A stretch of 64,000 nucleotides of DNA from Solirubrobacterales bacterium (GCA_035461385.1 DATHVI010000174.1:29483-93482); one strand, 5' to 3'; positions 40,671 to 50,372 are shown, numbered from the stretch's first letter. Program-made: numbers and translations. Notes: generated by a model not told the origin, from the letters alone.

Positions 40671-41393
40671 TCAGCGGATCTTCGCGACCCGCACCTTGCC
40701 GACGCCGTCGAACCTGAGCTCGCGGGCGATCTTCCGTGTCAGGTCCCAGTTCGCGCCGTGAGCGTAGGGACCGCGGTCGATCACCTTCGTGCGCACGAAC
40801 CGGCCCTTGTGCCCGACCACGACCCGGGTCCCGCAGGGCAGCCGCCTGTGGGCGACGCCGCGTGTCCGCTTGCCCAGCTTCTGCCCGCACGCGGTCCGGT
40901 TGCCCCAGAAGCCGGGGCCATACCAGGTCGCCCGCTCGCGAGCGAGGCTGCGGACCAGCTCCTTGCGGGGCCGCGGGCGGAGGATGCCGTTCACCGGCAG
41001 GCCGCGGCGCCGCTGGAACCGGCGCACGGTCGCCGCGGTGTCGTCGTCGAAGTTGCGGGCCAGCGAGACCCCACGCTGGAACTTCTTCGAGCGCAGGATC
41101 CAGTTCAGGGTCCGGACGTCGTCGCCACAGTCGGGACGCTTCAACACCCGGCTACCGAACCGGGCCGCGTCGGCGCACTCCGTGCTCTCCTCGCTGCCGG
41201 CCTCGGTTCCGCCGCCGCCCGGGCTCACTCCGCCCGACTGTGCCTGGGCGCTGACCGCCGCCGCGACGAGGACGATCACCGCGAGCGCCAGCGCCCAGAA
41301 GGCGACCCGGTCGGGCCTCGATCGGAGCGCGCCGCGTTGCGCGCGCCTTCGGTTTTCGTTCGCCGCCCGGGGGCGGCCGATCCCACTCTCCAT
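40671..41393 (-). CDS. RlpA-like double-psi beta-barrel protein with peptidoglycan-binding domain
   Basis: ATG 41393 with GGAAGAG upstream. Contains a TM/signal segment, a PG_binding_1-like region (TAATVRRFQRRRGLPVNGIL) and a DPBB (ATWYGPGFWGNRTACG...VIDRGPY). The longer ORF start at 41462 lies inside the riboswitch. Confidence 0.75.
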   Translation of the reverse strand: MESGIGRPRAANENRRRAQRGALRSRPDRVAFWALALAVIVLVAAAVSAQAQSGGVSPGGGGTEAGSEESTECADAARFGSRVLKRPDCGDDVRTLNWILRSKKFQRGVSLARNFDDDTAATVRRFQRRRGLPVNGILRPRPRKELVRSLARERATWYGPGFWGNRTACGQKLGKRTRGVAHRRLPCGTRVVVGHKGRFVRTKVIDRGPYAHGANWDLTRKIARELRFDGVGKVRVAKIR

Positions 41394-41399
41394 CAATCT

Positions 41400-41550
41400 C
41401 TTCCGTGCGCTTACGGGGTTAGCTGACGGGCTCGCGCCGAAAGAGCTGGCGCTACGCGGCATGTGCCGACGATTCGCCCCGACCGTTGGGAATCCCTCGG
41501 TTTGGGTCCCCCGCTCCCCGCGATATGTGGCGGGGACTCAGCGGAACGCG
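41400..41550 (-). promoter_or_regulatory. ydaO/yuaA-type cyclic-di-AMP riboswitch
   Basis: The minus strand reads CGCUGAGUCCCCGCC...GCGGGGAGCGGGGGACCCAAACCGAGGGAUUCCC...GGUCGGGGCGAAUCGUCGG...CCCGUCAGCUAACCCCGUAAGCGCACGGAAGAG-AUUG-AUG. The GGGGGACCCA, GGGGCGAAUC and CAGCUAACCCCGUAAGCG blocks match my recollection of the motif. Confidence 0.75.
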
Positions 41551-41665
41551 CGGCACAGTAGCAGAAATCTGGGCGGAAGTTTGCAGAACGTGAGCGTCCC
41601 GTAAGCAAGTGCTGATCGACACTATGGAGGGCGCTGGTTGCGGCGTGCTGGGCGGCGCAGGCGCC

Positions 41666-44278
41666 TCAGCGGCGCCGGACTCGCTCGCAGTCGCGGGCGA
41701 CGCGATCGCCGCCCCTGACCACGACCAGGTCGCGGCCCGGCCCGCAGCGGACGACGTCGCGGCCGGGCCCGCCGCGGAGAACGTCGTTCCCCGGACCGCC
41801 GATCAGGACGTCGTCGCCACGGCCGCCGAGAAGCCGGTCGGCGCCGCCGTTGCCGACCAGGCAGTCGTCCCCGGCGCGTCCGCGGAGAACGTCACGCCCC
41901 GCGAGGCCGACGAGCGCGTCCCGGCGCGGCGTCCCGGTGAGTCGCTCCCCCGCCCGGGTCCCGGCGACGACGTTCGGACCGCCCCCGCCGCAGCGCCTCG
42001 GCAGGGCGCGGTAGCGCGCGGTGTACGTGGTCGCCGTTTCCGGCGCGACCACCTCGTGGGCCCGCGCGCCGCCGTGCGCCCAGGACGCGAACCAGCGCGG
42101 CGGCCGGCCCGGGACGACCGCGGGCGCGGCGATCGACGTCCGCGCGCCGACGATCACCTCCGCGGTCAGCGGGCTCGGGGCGGTGAGGCCGTTCAGCGTC
42201 AGCGGGACTCCGCCGACCGGCGCACTGCGAAGCGTCAGCGGCACGGTCTCCGGGTCGAGCCGCACGGTCGCGGTGTCGGTGAGGCCGCCGCTGTCGGTCG
42301 CGGTCAGGCGAAGCGCGACCTGCGAGGGGTATTCGTGGTCGGGGCCTTCGAAGCTCCCACTCGCGACCCCGCCGATTTCGTCGAGCGGATGGACGTGGCA
42401 GTCGCCCGGGCTCGGGCAGTGCTCGAGCTCGAGTGCCCACGAAAGCGCCGCCGGTGGAAGCACCCCGTCCTGGGCGTCGGTCGCGCCGCCGGCGAACGCG
42501 ATGACTTCGCCGACCGCCCAAGTCGTCGCCGGCCCCGGGGCCTCGATCGTCGCCACCGGCGGCGTGTCCTCGGCGGTGATCCAGATCGGATCGCTGATGT
42601 CGCTCTCGCCGTCGGCGTCGGTGACGCGCAGGCGTGCGTCGTAGGTGCCGGCGTCATAGATGAAGCTCGGCTGCGCCACCGCCGCGTCGTCGTACTGCCC
42701 GTCGCCGTCGAGGTCCCAGGCGAACTCGAGTCCCTCGTCGCCGTCGGGGTCCGAAGAGCCGGTGCCGTCGAAGTCGACCTCGAGCGGCGCCGAGCCGCTG
42801 GTCACGTTCGCGGTCGCGACCGCGACCGGCGGACAGTTCTCCTCCGGGTAGCGCACCCGGCGAATCGTGCCGCCGTTGTGGTCGACGTAGAAGAGGTCGC
42901 CGCAGGGTCCGATCTGAAGGTCGACCGGGTTCGGGGCAGCGGTGACGAAGGTGATGATCTCGGCCGGGTCGGGATCGCCGCCCGGGCCCTCGAGCATCGC
43001 CCAGACGCAGCGGCGGTTGTGGTCGGCGAAGAACAGGGCCCCGTCGTATTCGTCGGGGTAGACGCCGCCCTCGTAGAACGCTATCCCGCTGATCACCGAG
43101 CCGCCGGTCGGGCACGACTCCCCCGGGACGACCTGGTTCGAGTGGTGGTAGGCGTAGTGCGGCGCTTGCGCGGTCCCCTCGGCGTGGAGGTTCTGGCAGA
43201 CGTTGAGCCCCGAGTAGCCCCCGAGTTGCGGAGTGCCCTCGTAGCAGGGCCAGCCGAAGTTCTCGACCGGCGCGCCGACCGGGTCGGCGAGGACGTTGAT
43301 CTCCTCCCAGGTGGTCCAGCCGACGTCCCCGATCCAGAGCTCGCCGGTGCCCGGGCGGACCGTGAACCGGAACGGATTGCGGAAGCCGTGGGCGACGATC
43401 CGCCGCGCGTTGTCATCGCCGGTCCCGGGATTGTCGGGGAGCGGATCGCCGGTCGCGGGGTCGATCCGGATGATGCTGCCGTCGAGCGTCGTCGGGTCCG
43501 TGGCCGTCCGCAGGTCCTGGCTGCGGAGCGCTCCGCCCTCGGCGGTCGGCTGGGTCTGAGCTCCGCCCCGGCCGACCGGCGGATCGTCGCAGGGGTTCAG
43601 CGGATTGCCGCTCTGACCGTAGTCGGCGTAGTTGAAGCTCGCCCCGTCGCCGGCGCTCGCATAGAGCGCGCCGTCGGGACCGAAGGCGACCGTGCCGACC
43701 GAATGGCTCGGGAACTGCTGGCACCAGTCCGCCTCGATCAGCGGCTGCTCCTCCCCGGTCATGACGTTGCCGAGCGCCTCGAGCCGCGAGAGGCGGCCGC
43801 TGACCACACAGCCGTTGCCGACGGCGTCGGGGCACCCGTCGTTGGTCTCGTCAGGGCTGCCCCAGCGCGGCATTCGCGATTGCGGGTCGAAGAGGTCGAA
43901 ATCGTGCGTGTAGAGGACGTAGAGGTAGGGCACCGCCGGGAACCCGGGATCGAGCTCGAACCCCAGCAGCCCCCGATCCCAGAAGTTGTGGACCCTGGTC
44001 CGCAGGTCGGCGAACACGGACGGGGCCGGGTCGTCGAGGTCGCTGAAGACCTTGATCAGGCCGCTCTTCTCGGCGACGAACACCCGCCCATCCGGGGAGA
44101 AGCGAACGGCAGTCGGATTCACCAGGCCGGAGAAGACCGTCTCCTCCTCGAAGCCCTCGGGGAGGGCGGCCGCGTGTCCCCCGGCCGGGGGGACGACGAG
44201 AATCGCCAGCAGCGCGAGGGCCGCCGCCGCGAACGTAGCCCGCAAGCCCTCCCGGATGTCGACTCGACCCACCGTCAC
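41666..44278 (-). CDS. secreted PQQ-dependent sugar (glucose/sorbosone) dehydrogenase fused to PKD domain(s) and C-terminal RTX-type Ca-binding repeats
   Basis: 870 aa. N-terminal beta-propeller (LPEGFEEETVFSGLVNPTAVRFSPDGRVFVAEKSGLI); PKD domain (SGSAPLEVDFDGTGSSDPDGD...FAWDLDGDG); C-terminal GxGxDxL repeats. Confidence 0.85.
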   Translation of the reverse strand: MTVGRVDIREGLRATFAAAALALLAILVVPPAGGHAAALPEGFEEETVFSGLVNPTAVRFSPDGRVFVAEKSGLIKVFSDLDDPAPSVFADLRTRVHNFWDRGLLGFELDPGFPAVPYLYVLYTHDFDLFDPQSRMPRWGSPDETNDGCPDAVGNGCVVSGRLSRLEALGNVMTGEEQPLIEADWCQQFPSHSVGTVAFGPDGALYASAGDGASFNYADYGQSGNPLNPCDDPPVGRGGAQTQPTAEGGALRSQDLRTATDPTTLDGSIIRIDPATGDPLPDNPGTGDDNARRIVAHGFRNPFRFTVRPGTGELWIGDVGWTTWEEINVLADPVGAPVENFGWPCYEGTPQLGGYSGLNVCQNLHAEGTAQAPHYAYHHSNQVVPGESCPTGGSVISGIAFYEGGVYPDEYDGALFFADHNRRCVWAMLEGPGGDPDPAEIITFVTAAPNPVDLQIGPCGDLFYVDHNGGTIRRVRYPEENCPPVAVATANVTSGSAPLEVDFDGTGSSDPDGDEGLEFAWDLDGDGQYDDAAVAQPSFIYDAGTYDARLRVTDADGESDISDPIWITAEDTPPVATIEAPGPATTWAVGEVIAFAGGATDAQDGVLPPAALSWALELEHCPSPGDCHVHPLDEIGGVASGSFEGPDHEYPSQVALRLTATDSGGLTDTATVRLDPETVPLTLRSAPVGGVPLTLNGLTAPSPLTAEVIVGARTSIAAPAVVPGRPPRWFASWAHGGARAHEVVAPETATTYTARYRALPRRCGGGGPNVVAGTRAGERLTGTPRRDALVGLAGRDVLRGRAGDDCLVGNGGADRLLGGRGDDVLIGGPGNDVLRGGPGRDVVRCGPGRDLVVVRGGDRVARDCERVRRR

Positions 44279-44332
44279 TGACCTCGGCCCGCGCTGCCAA
44301 CCCCCGGCCTGCGCCGCCCGAGGGCGCCAAGC

Positions 44333-45055
44333 CTATCGCCGCCGCGGCGCCGGCGGGGCCGCAACGCGGGCGACGCGAGCGGCGACGTCGCTGGCCGAAC
44401 CTGCCGGTCCCGGGGGAGCGTGGCCCGGGGCCGTCGATCGGCTTCGCAGGAAGAGCAGGACGGCGATGATGAAGAAGGCCAGGCCGGTCGGTCCGAAGGG
44501 CGGCGGGTGGGCACCGATCAGGAAGCCTGACAGGCCGAGCAGGATGACCACTGAGAGCGGGGCTCCGGCGTGACCGCGCAGGGCGACCGCGGCCGCGATC
44601 ATCGCGGCGATCAGCGCAAGACTTCCGATACTCGAGAAGACTCCGAGATCGCGGAAGAGGACGTTCTCGGCGAAGTCCTGGACCAGGTCCTCACGCGTTG
44701 CCTGTCCGATCTCCGGGAGCCCGTTCAGGGCGTCGACAAGGGTCCCGACGCCGATGCCCTGCAGCGTCTCGAAAGCGCCGTAGAAGACGACGAAGAACAC
44801 AAGCCCGATCCGGCTCACCCGTGCCGCCGTTCCCTCGATCCCCCGCACGAGCAAATAGACCGCGACCGCGAACAACGGGATGAAGACCAGCATCCCGACG
44901 TGGACGACCATCCAGACCGTCACCTCGTCGTCGAGGCTCCGGTAGATCTCCGTGGCCTCTCCACCGGGGTGAAAGAGGAGGAGGATCGCCCACGCGAGTG
45001 GAACAACGATCAAGAAGGCAATCTCCGCCGGGCTGAAAGCTCGTCTGCTCATCAT
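44333..45055 (-). CDS. hypothetical integral membrane protein (6 or more TM segments)
   Basis: ATG 45055, 240 aa, hydrophobic throughout. No family recognised. Confidence 0.55.
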   Translation of the reverse strand: MMSRRAFSPAEIAFLIVVPLAWAILLLFHPGGEATEIYRSLDDEVTVWMVVHVGMLVFIPLFAVAVYLLVRGIEGTAARVSRIGLVFFVVFYGAFETLQGIGVGTLVDALNGLPEIGQATREDLVQDFAENVLFRDLGVFSSIGSLALIAAMIAAAVALRGHAGAPLSVVILLGLSGFLIGAHPPPFGPTGLAFFIIAVLLFLRSRSTAPGHAPPGPAGSASDVAARVARVAAPPAPRRR

Positions 45056-45059
45056 CGAA

Positions 45060-45275
45060 CTAGCCGGAAACCGGTGCGGGCTCGGGCTCGGGCTCATCCA
45101 GCGTGGGCTCACCGACGGCAACCTCGGGTTCGGCCGGCCGCTCTGGCGGGACGACGGCCTCGGATCCGATCCGGGGCAGCCATTCGAGCCACGCCGGCAG
45201 GTACCAGTTCCAGTCGCCGAGGACCTTCATCGACGCCGGCCGAACCCTCCCCGGCCCGGTTGCGGAAGTTGTCAT
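45060..45275 (-). other. 71-aa mini-ORF resembling the extreme C-terminal tail of MMPL/RND transporters (gene remnant or small protein)
   Basis: ATG 45275 with GAGGGGA upstream. MKVLGDWNWYLPAWLEWLPRIGSE resembles the ...LLGxxNWWxPxxLxRxLP... MMPL C-terminus, but no MMPL body lies upstream (rnpB is there). The stop is 4 nt from the next gene's ATG. Confidence 0.4.
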
Positions 45276-45470
45276 TTGTGTCCCCTCGGCGAGTGCCTTC
45301 CCGACGCGCCGAACCAGGGTTTGTGGTTCAAGCGAAGCTGCGCGAGACGCCGACCTGAGAGGGAACGTCGGTGAATGGATCGTACTCCGATCGTCAGCGC
45401 AGACAGAGAACCGAGAGCCTTGGGTCGAGAGCGGCGTAGCTGTGCGCTGAGGCGGAGGGCTCGACGTAGA

Positions 45471-45494
45471 GAGGCCCCGCCTCAGCGGGGCCTC
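45471..45494 (-). terminator. perfect 10-bp GC hairpin immediately 3' of rnpB
   Basis: gaggccccgc-ctca-gcggggcctc. Confidence 0.6.
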
Positions 45495-45865
45495 TCGGTA
45501 GCAGGCCTGTAAGCCGGATTCTGTCGGGTGCAGCCATCTGTCTCGCCGGCTCCTAGGTGCCGGCGGGGCGTTCGCCCTGCTGCCTACCTGGACCTCGCCG
45601 GGCCGGGTCGTCGGTCCTGCTTGGCATTGCACCTGGCGGGGTTTGCCCGGCCGCCGCGTCACCGCGACGCCGGTGCGCTCTTACCGCACCATTTCACCTT
45701 TGCCTGTGCGCGGCTCACGTGTTGCCGCGCCATCGGCCGTGTGTTTCTGTGGCACTTTCCCGCGGGTTTCCCCGGGTGGGCGTTACCCACCGCCATGCCC
45801 TGTGGTGTCCGGACTTTCCTCGAGCGGCTCTCACCTCCCGCGACTGCACGGCCTGCATCAACCAG
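45495..45865 (-). ncRNA. rnpB: RNase P RNA, bacterial type A
   Basis: The minus strand contains GAGGAAAGUCCGGAC (P4 5' strand), GAAAGUGCCACAGAAA, GGUGAAAUGGUGCGGUAAGAGCGCACC, GGCAAACCCCGCC and ACAGAAUCCGGCUUAC (P4 3' strand). P1 pairs GCAGGCC with GGCCUGC. End coordinates are accurate to about 10 nt. Confidence 0.9.
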
Positions 45866-46058
45866 TGTAGGGCGCGATCGCCGCCTCGGGACGTGCCGGC
45901 GTCCGACAGCGGCCCCTTCCCGATCGCTTGGACGCCGCGGCGATCTCGCGTATCCTTCGACCGTCCACGGCTCGTGGACGTCGGCGACTGTCGGGGTGGG
46001 ACGGCAACCGGCAGACCAAGCCGCTAGACGCGGCACTCACCACGATGAAGGAGCACCC

Positions 46059-46433
46059 ATGAGACCGAAGTCCCTGCTGGCGGTCGTCGCGCTCGTTGCC
46101 TGCGCCGGCGCCGGTATCACCGGCGTGGCCCACGCGGGCGGCGCGGCGAAGACAAAAGTCACCGTCAAGGGCTCAAGCGAGATCTACGGGTTCGTCAAGA
46201 GCTCGAAAAAGAAGTGCATGAACAACCGCAAGGTCACCGTGTTCAGGCAGAAGGGCAGCCGCGGCGGCGGAGACGATGTCCGGGTCGCGAGCGACAACGC
46301 CGAGAAGTCGGGCGATCGCTACCGGTGGTCGATCGGAAATCCGGGCCTCCAGGGCAAGCGGATCTACGCCCGGGCGGGGAGGATCCCCGGCTGCAAGGCC
46401 GGAGCGAGCGCCACTTACAGGGTGCCCTCGTAG
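46059..46433 (+). CDS. small secreted Lys-rich hypothetical protein
   Basis: ATG 46059 with GAAGGAG upstream; signal peptide MRPKSLLAVVALVACAGAGITGVAHA. The rest of the 301-aa ORF overlaps rnpB and is not real. Confidence 0.6.
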   Translation: MRPKSLLAVVALVACAGAGITGVAHAGGAAKTKVTVKGSSEIYGFVKSSKKKCMNNRKVTVFRQKGSRGGGDDVRVASDNAEKSGDRYRWSIGNPGLQGKRIYARAGRIPGCKAGASATYRVPS

Positions 46434-46526
46434 CCGCCGGCTAGCGCGAGCGGCGACAGCGCCGCGCACGCGAGCTCCCGTCGGGCACGCTTGCGCGGCG
46501 CCCCGCAACCGAGGATCATTCGCCGC

Positions 46527-48578
46527 GTGAGCGAGAGGATCGTGCGCGCGGCGTGCCCTCACGACTGCCCCGACACGTGCGCGATGCACGTGAGCGTCGA
46601 CGGGTCGGGACGCGCGGTCGCGGTCAAGGGCGACCCCGATCACCCGATCACAGCCGGGTTCCTGTGCGGCAAGGTGTCGAACTACCTCGACCGCGTCTAC
46701 GCCGACGACCGCCTGCTGCATCCGCTGATCCGCACCGGCCGCAAGGGCTCGGCCGCGTTCCGGCGCGCGAGCTGGGAGGAGGCGGTCGAAGCGGCGGCGC
46801 GCGGGATCGAGGCAGCGATCGACGCCCACGGAGGCGAGTCGGTGCTCCCCTACAGCTACATGGGCACCCAGGGCGCGCTCCAGGGCGGCTCGATGGCGAA
46901 CCGGCTGATGAACGCGATCGGCGCCTCGGAGCTCGTGCGGACGATCTGCGCAAGCGCCGGGATCGCGGGCGTCGTCGCGACCCAGGGGATCTCACCGGAG
47001 GTCGATCCCGAGGAGTGGCCGCACGCCCGCTACGTCCTCGTCTGGGGATGGAACCCGATGTCGACCGCCCCGCACCTGTGGAAGAAGATCCTTGCCGCGC
47101 GGCGCGCCGGCGCCCGGCTTGCGGTCGTCGACCCGTTCCGCAGCCGGACCGCAAACGTCGCCGACGAGCACCTGCGCCCGCGCCCCGGCACCGACGCCGC
47201 GCTGGCGCTGGGGATGATGCGGGCGCTCGTCGACGCCGAGCTGGTCGACGAGGAGTGGTGCCGCGCCCACACCGAAGGCTACGACGAGCTGCTCGAGCGA
47301 CTCGCCGAGCACGGGGTCGAGCACTGGGCCGAGGTCTGCGGCGTCGCCGGATCGGACGTGCGCCGGGTGGCGTCGGACTTCGCCCGCACCCAGCCGGCGC
47401 TGCTGCGGCTCGGGGTCGGCGCCCAGCGCCACCTCGGCGCGCCGATCGCCTACCGGACGATCGCCTGCCTGCCGGCGCTCGCCGGGGCCTGGCGGCATCG
47501 CGGCGGCGGCTGCTCGTACATCCCGACCGCGACCGCGAACGCAGTCTCGAGTGCGGCCCTCGACCGCCCGGACCTGCGGCGCGCCCCGGCCCGGGCGATC
47601 AACATGTCGCAGCTCGGCGAGGCGCTCACCGACCCCGGCCTCGACCCGCCGGTGAGCGCGCTCATCGTCTGGTCGTCGAACCCGGCCCAAATCGCGCCCG
47701 ACCAGGAGCGGGTCCTCGCCGGCCTGCGCCGCGAGGACCTGTTCACGCTCGCGATCGAGCAGTTCATGACCGACACCGCCGCCTACGCCGACGTCGTCCT
47801 CCCGGCGACGACGCAGCTCGAGCACCTCGACGGCATCTTCTCGTGGGGCCATCACTACTACACGCTGAACGAGCCCGCGATCGCGCCTCGGGGCGAGGCG
47901 AAGCCGACCACCGAGGCGTTCCGGCTGCTCGCCGCGCGGCTCGGCCTCGACGACCCGTGCTTCCGGGAGAGCGACGAGGAGATGCTCGCGAGCCTGTTCG
48001 AGCCCGAGCCCGGCGGGATCACGCTCGAGCGCCTGCGGGAGCGCGGTTGGGCGAAGATCGACCTCGGCCAGGGGCCGATCCCCCACGCCGACGGCAACTT
48101 CCTCACCCCGTCCGGAAGGCTCGGCCTGCGCGCCGACTGGCTCGCCGACGCCGGCGTCGACACGCTCCCGTTCTTCGACCCGCCGGCCGAGGCGACCGAC
48201 GGCGCGCTCGCCCGGCGCTTCCCGCTCGCCCTGGTGACTCCGAAGACTCACCTGTTCCTGAACTCGACCTTCGCCAACCAGCGCCGCCAGCGCTCCGCCC
48301 AGCCCGAGCCCTACCTCGTCGTCCATCCCGGCGACGCATCGGGCCGCGGGATCGCCGACGGCGACACGGTCAGAGTGAGAAACGACCGCGGCTCGTTCAC
48401 CTGCCGGGCGCAGGTCTCCGACGACACCCGCACGGGCGTGGTCGTCGCCCCGATGGGCTGGTGGAGCGCGGACTACCCGGAGGGGCGCAGCGCCCAGGCG
48501 ACGACCTCGCAGCGGCTGACCGGGCTCGGCACCGCGCCGACCTTCAACGACAACCGGGTCGAGGTCGAGCCGGCGTAG
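46527..48578 (+). CDS. molybdopterin (bis-MGD) oxidoreductase with N-terminal 4Fe-4S motif
   Basis: CPHDCPDTCAM...C cluster motif and MopB-type core. The C-terminal beta-barrel domain begins about YLVVHPGDASGRGIADGDTVRVRNDRGSF. Start is GTG 46527 or TTG 46491. Confidence 0.85.
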   Translation: MSERIVRAACPHDCPDTCAMHVSVDGSGRAVAVKGDPDHPITAGFLCGKVSNYLDRVYADDRLLHPLIRTGRKGSAAFRRASWEEAVEAAARGIEAAIDAHGGESVLPYSYMGTQGALQGGSMANRLMNAIGASELVRTICASAGIAGVVATQGISPEVDPEEWPHARYVLVWGWNPMSTAPHLWKKILAARRAGARLAVVDPFRSRTANVADEHLRPRPGTDAALALGMMRALVDAELVDEEWCRAHTEGYDELLERLAEHGVEHWAEVCGVAGSDVRRVASDFARTQPALLRLGVGAQRHLGAPIAYRTIACLPALAGAWRHRGGGCSYIPTATANAVSSAALDRPDLRRAPARAINMSQLGEALTDPGLDPPVSALIVWSSNPAQIAPDQERVLAGLRREDLFTLAIEQFMTDTAAYADVVLPATTQLEHLDGIFSWGHHYYTLNEPAIAPRGEAKPTTEAFRLLAARLGLDDPCFRESDEEMLASLFEPEPGGITLERLRERGWAKIDLGQGPIPHADGNFLTPSGRLGLRADWLADAGVDTLPFFDPPAEATDGALARRFPLALVTPKTHLFLNSTFANQRRQRSAQPEPYLVVHPGDASGRGIADGDTVRVRNDRGSFTCRAQVSDDTRTGVVVAPMGWWSADYPEGRSAQATTSQRLTGLGTAPTFNDNRVEVEPA

Positions 48579-48605
48579 CCGCGGCCCGGCGCCGCGGGAC
48601 GGACC

Positions 48606-50372
48606 TCAGGCGCGGAGCACGGTCATCACCGTGATCACGGCGACGACGGCGATCGTCAGCGGGAACCCCACCCGTGGGTAGTCGGTGAACCGGTAGCCGC
48701 CGGGCCCGAGCACCATCGTGTTCGTCTGGTAGCCGATCGGGGTCAGGAAAGAGGCCGAGGCGGTGACCGCGATCGCGATCGCGATCGCCCGCGGGTCGAG
48801 GCCGGCGCCGGCGGCGATCGCGATCGCGATCGGAAAGACGACGACCGCGGCGGCGTTGTTGGTGATCAGCTCCGTCAGCATCAGGGTGACGAGGACGACG
48901 CCGAGGACGATCCCGACCTTGCCGAACGGCTCGAGCGCGCTCAGCATCTCGCCCGCGATCGCCTCGGCGAGGCCGGTGCTCTCGATCGCCGCCCCGACCC
49001 CGAACGCTGCGGCGATCAGGATGATCACGTCGAGGTCGATCGCGTTGCGGGCCTCGTTCACACTCAGCACCCGAGTCAGGACCATCGCCGCCGCCGCGAG
49101 CAGGGCGAGCTCGAAGATCGACAGGACGTTGAACGCCGCCAGGGTGATCACCGCGATCGCGGTGAAGCCGACGATCGGCGCCTTGCGGCTCGCCGACGGC
49201 GGCGGCCCGCCGAGGCGGGCGACGAGGAGGAAGTCGCGGCTCTCCCGCCAGCGCGTCCGGAAGTCGCTTCCCGCGAGCAGCAGCAGCGTGTCGCCGGGCT
49301 CGAGCCGGATCTGCCCGAGCTTGCCGGCAACCCGCTCGCCGGCGCGATGGATCGCGACGACCGCTGCCTGGTAGCGGGCCCGGAACTCAGTCTCGGCGAG
49401 CGTCCTGCCGACGAGCGGCGACGACGCCCCGATCACGGCCTCGAAGAAGGTGTGCAGGTGGCTGTCGACGGCGAGCAGGTGCTTGTCCTCGGCCGAGCGC
49501 AGGCCTGCGGTGCGCTGGAGGTCGACGACGAGGTTCGCCTGACCGACGAAGGTGAGGCGGTCGTCGCCCCGCAGCTCGGTGGTGGGAGCGACCGGGGCGA
49601 TCAGGTGCCCGTCGCGCTCGATCTCGACCAGGTAGACGCCCTCGAGGTGCCGCAGCCCCGCCTCCTCGACGGTCACCCCGTCGATCCGGCCCTCGGGCTC
49701 GACCTCCATCTCGACGACGAACTCCCGCATCTCCTCGGTCAGCATCCGCTGAGCGCCCCGCCGCTCGGGGAGCAGCTTCGGCACGAACGCGATCAGGACC
49801 GCGAGCCCGACGATCGCCGCGATGCCGCCGACCGGCGTGATCTCGAACAGGGTCAGCGGGTCCTCGCCACTCTCCTGGAGCAGCCCGGAGACGACCAGGT
49901 TGGTGGAGGTGCCGATGACGGTGATCGTCCCGCCGAGGATCGCCGCGAACGAGAGCGGCATCAGCAGCCGCGACGGCGAGATGTTGTGCTTCGCGCACCA
50001 GGCGGTGATCTCGGGGATCATCATCGCGACCAGCGGGGTGTTGTTGATGAACCCCGAGATCCCGGCGCTGGGGAGCAGCAGCCGCGCCAGCGACGCCCGC
50101 TCGCTCGTCTCGCGGTTGCCGAGCAGGCGGTTGACCAGCGGCCCGAGCAGCCCGGTCTTGTCCGCCGCCCGCGCGAGCACGTAGAGGGCGGCGACGGTCA
50201 ACGGCGCCGGGTTGCTGAACCCCGCGAACGCCTGGCCCTCGTCGATCACCCCGGTGACGAGCAGGGTGATCGTCGCCGCGAGAACGATCGCCGCCGGCGG
50301 CGCGACCTCGCGCACGAGCAGCGCGAGCATCAGGAGGACCACGCCCAGGGTCAGCCAGGCATCGAAGCTCAT
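48606..50372 (-). CDS. SLC13/DASS-family permease with central TrkA-C (RCK_C) domains
   Basis: 588 aa. Two transmembrane halves flank two RCK_C-like segments (GVTVEEAGLRHLEGVYLVEIERDG..., GRTLAETEFRARYQAAVVAIHRAG...). Confidence 0.9.
   Translation of the reverse strand: MSFDAWLTLGVVLLMLALLVREVAPPAAIVLAATITLLVTGVIDEGQAFAGFSNPAPLTVAALYVLARAADKTGLLGPLVNRLLGNRETSERASLARLLLPSAGISGFINNTPLVAMMIPEITAWCAKHNISPSRLLMPLSFAAILGGTITVIGTSTNLVVSGLLQESGEDPLTLFEITPVGGIAAIVGLAVLIAFVPKLLPERRGAQRMLTEEMREFVVEMEVEPEGRIDGVTVEEAGLRHLEGVYLVEIERDGHLIAPVAPTTELRGDDRLTFVGQANLVVDLQRTAGLRSAEDKHLLAVDSHLHTFFEAVIGASSPLVGRTLAETEFRARYQAAVVAIHRAGERVAGKLGQIRLEPGDTLLLLAGSDFRTRWRESRDFLLVARLGGPPPSASRKAPIVGFTAIAVITLAAFNVLSIFELALLAAAAMVLTRVLSVNEARNAIDLDVIILIAAAFGVGAAIESTGLAEAIAGEMLSALEPFGKVGIVLGVVLVTLMLTELITNNAAAVVVFPIAIAIAAGAGLDPRAIAIAIAVTASASFLTPIGYQTNTMVLGPGGYRFTDYPRVGFPLTIAVVAVITVMTVLRA

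Noticed and set aside
41394-41462. Longer N-terminus (start 41462) for the RlpA-like gene
   Set aside because: It would translate through the c-di-AMP riboswitch aptamer. ATG 41393 has an SD (GGAAGAG) and is followed by a normal TM/signal segment.
41609-44281. 890-aa plus-strand ORF opposite the PQQ-dehydrogenase gene
   Set aside because: It is the antisense mirror of a well-supported 870-aa secreted enzyme, and its composition is nonsense-like.
45528-46058. N-terminal 177 aa of the 301-aa plus ORF, and the minus ORFs 45060-45662 (upstream part) and 45659-46036
   Set aside because: They overlap RNase P RNA, whose conserved blocks are unambiguous. Only the 46059-46433 part has an SD and a signal peptide.
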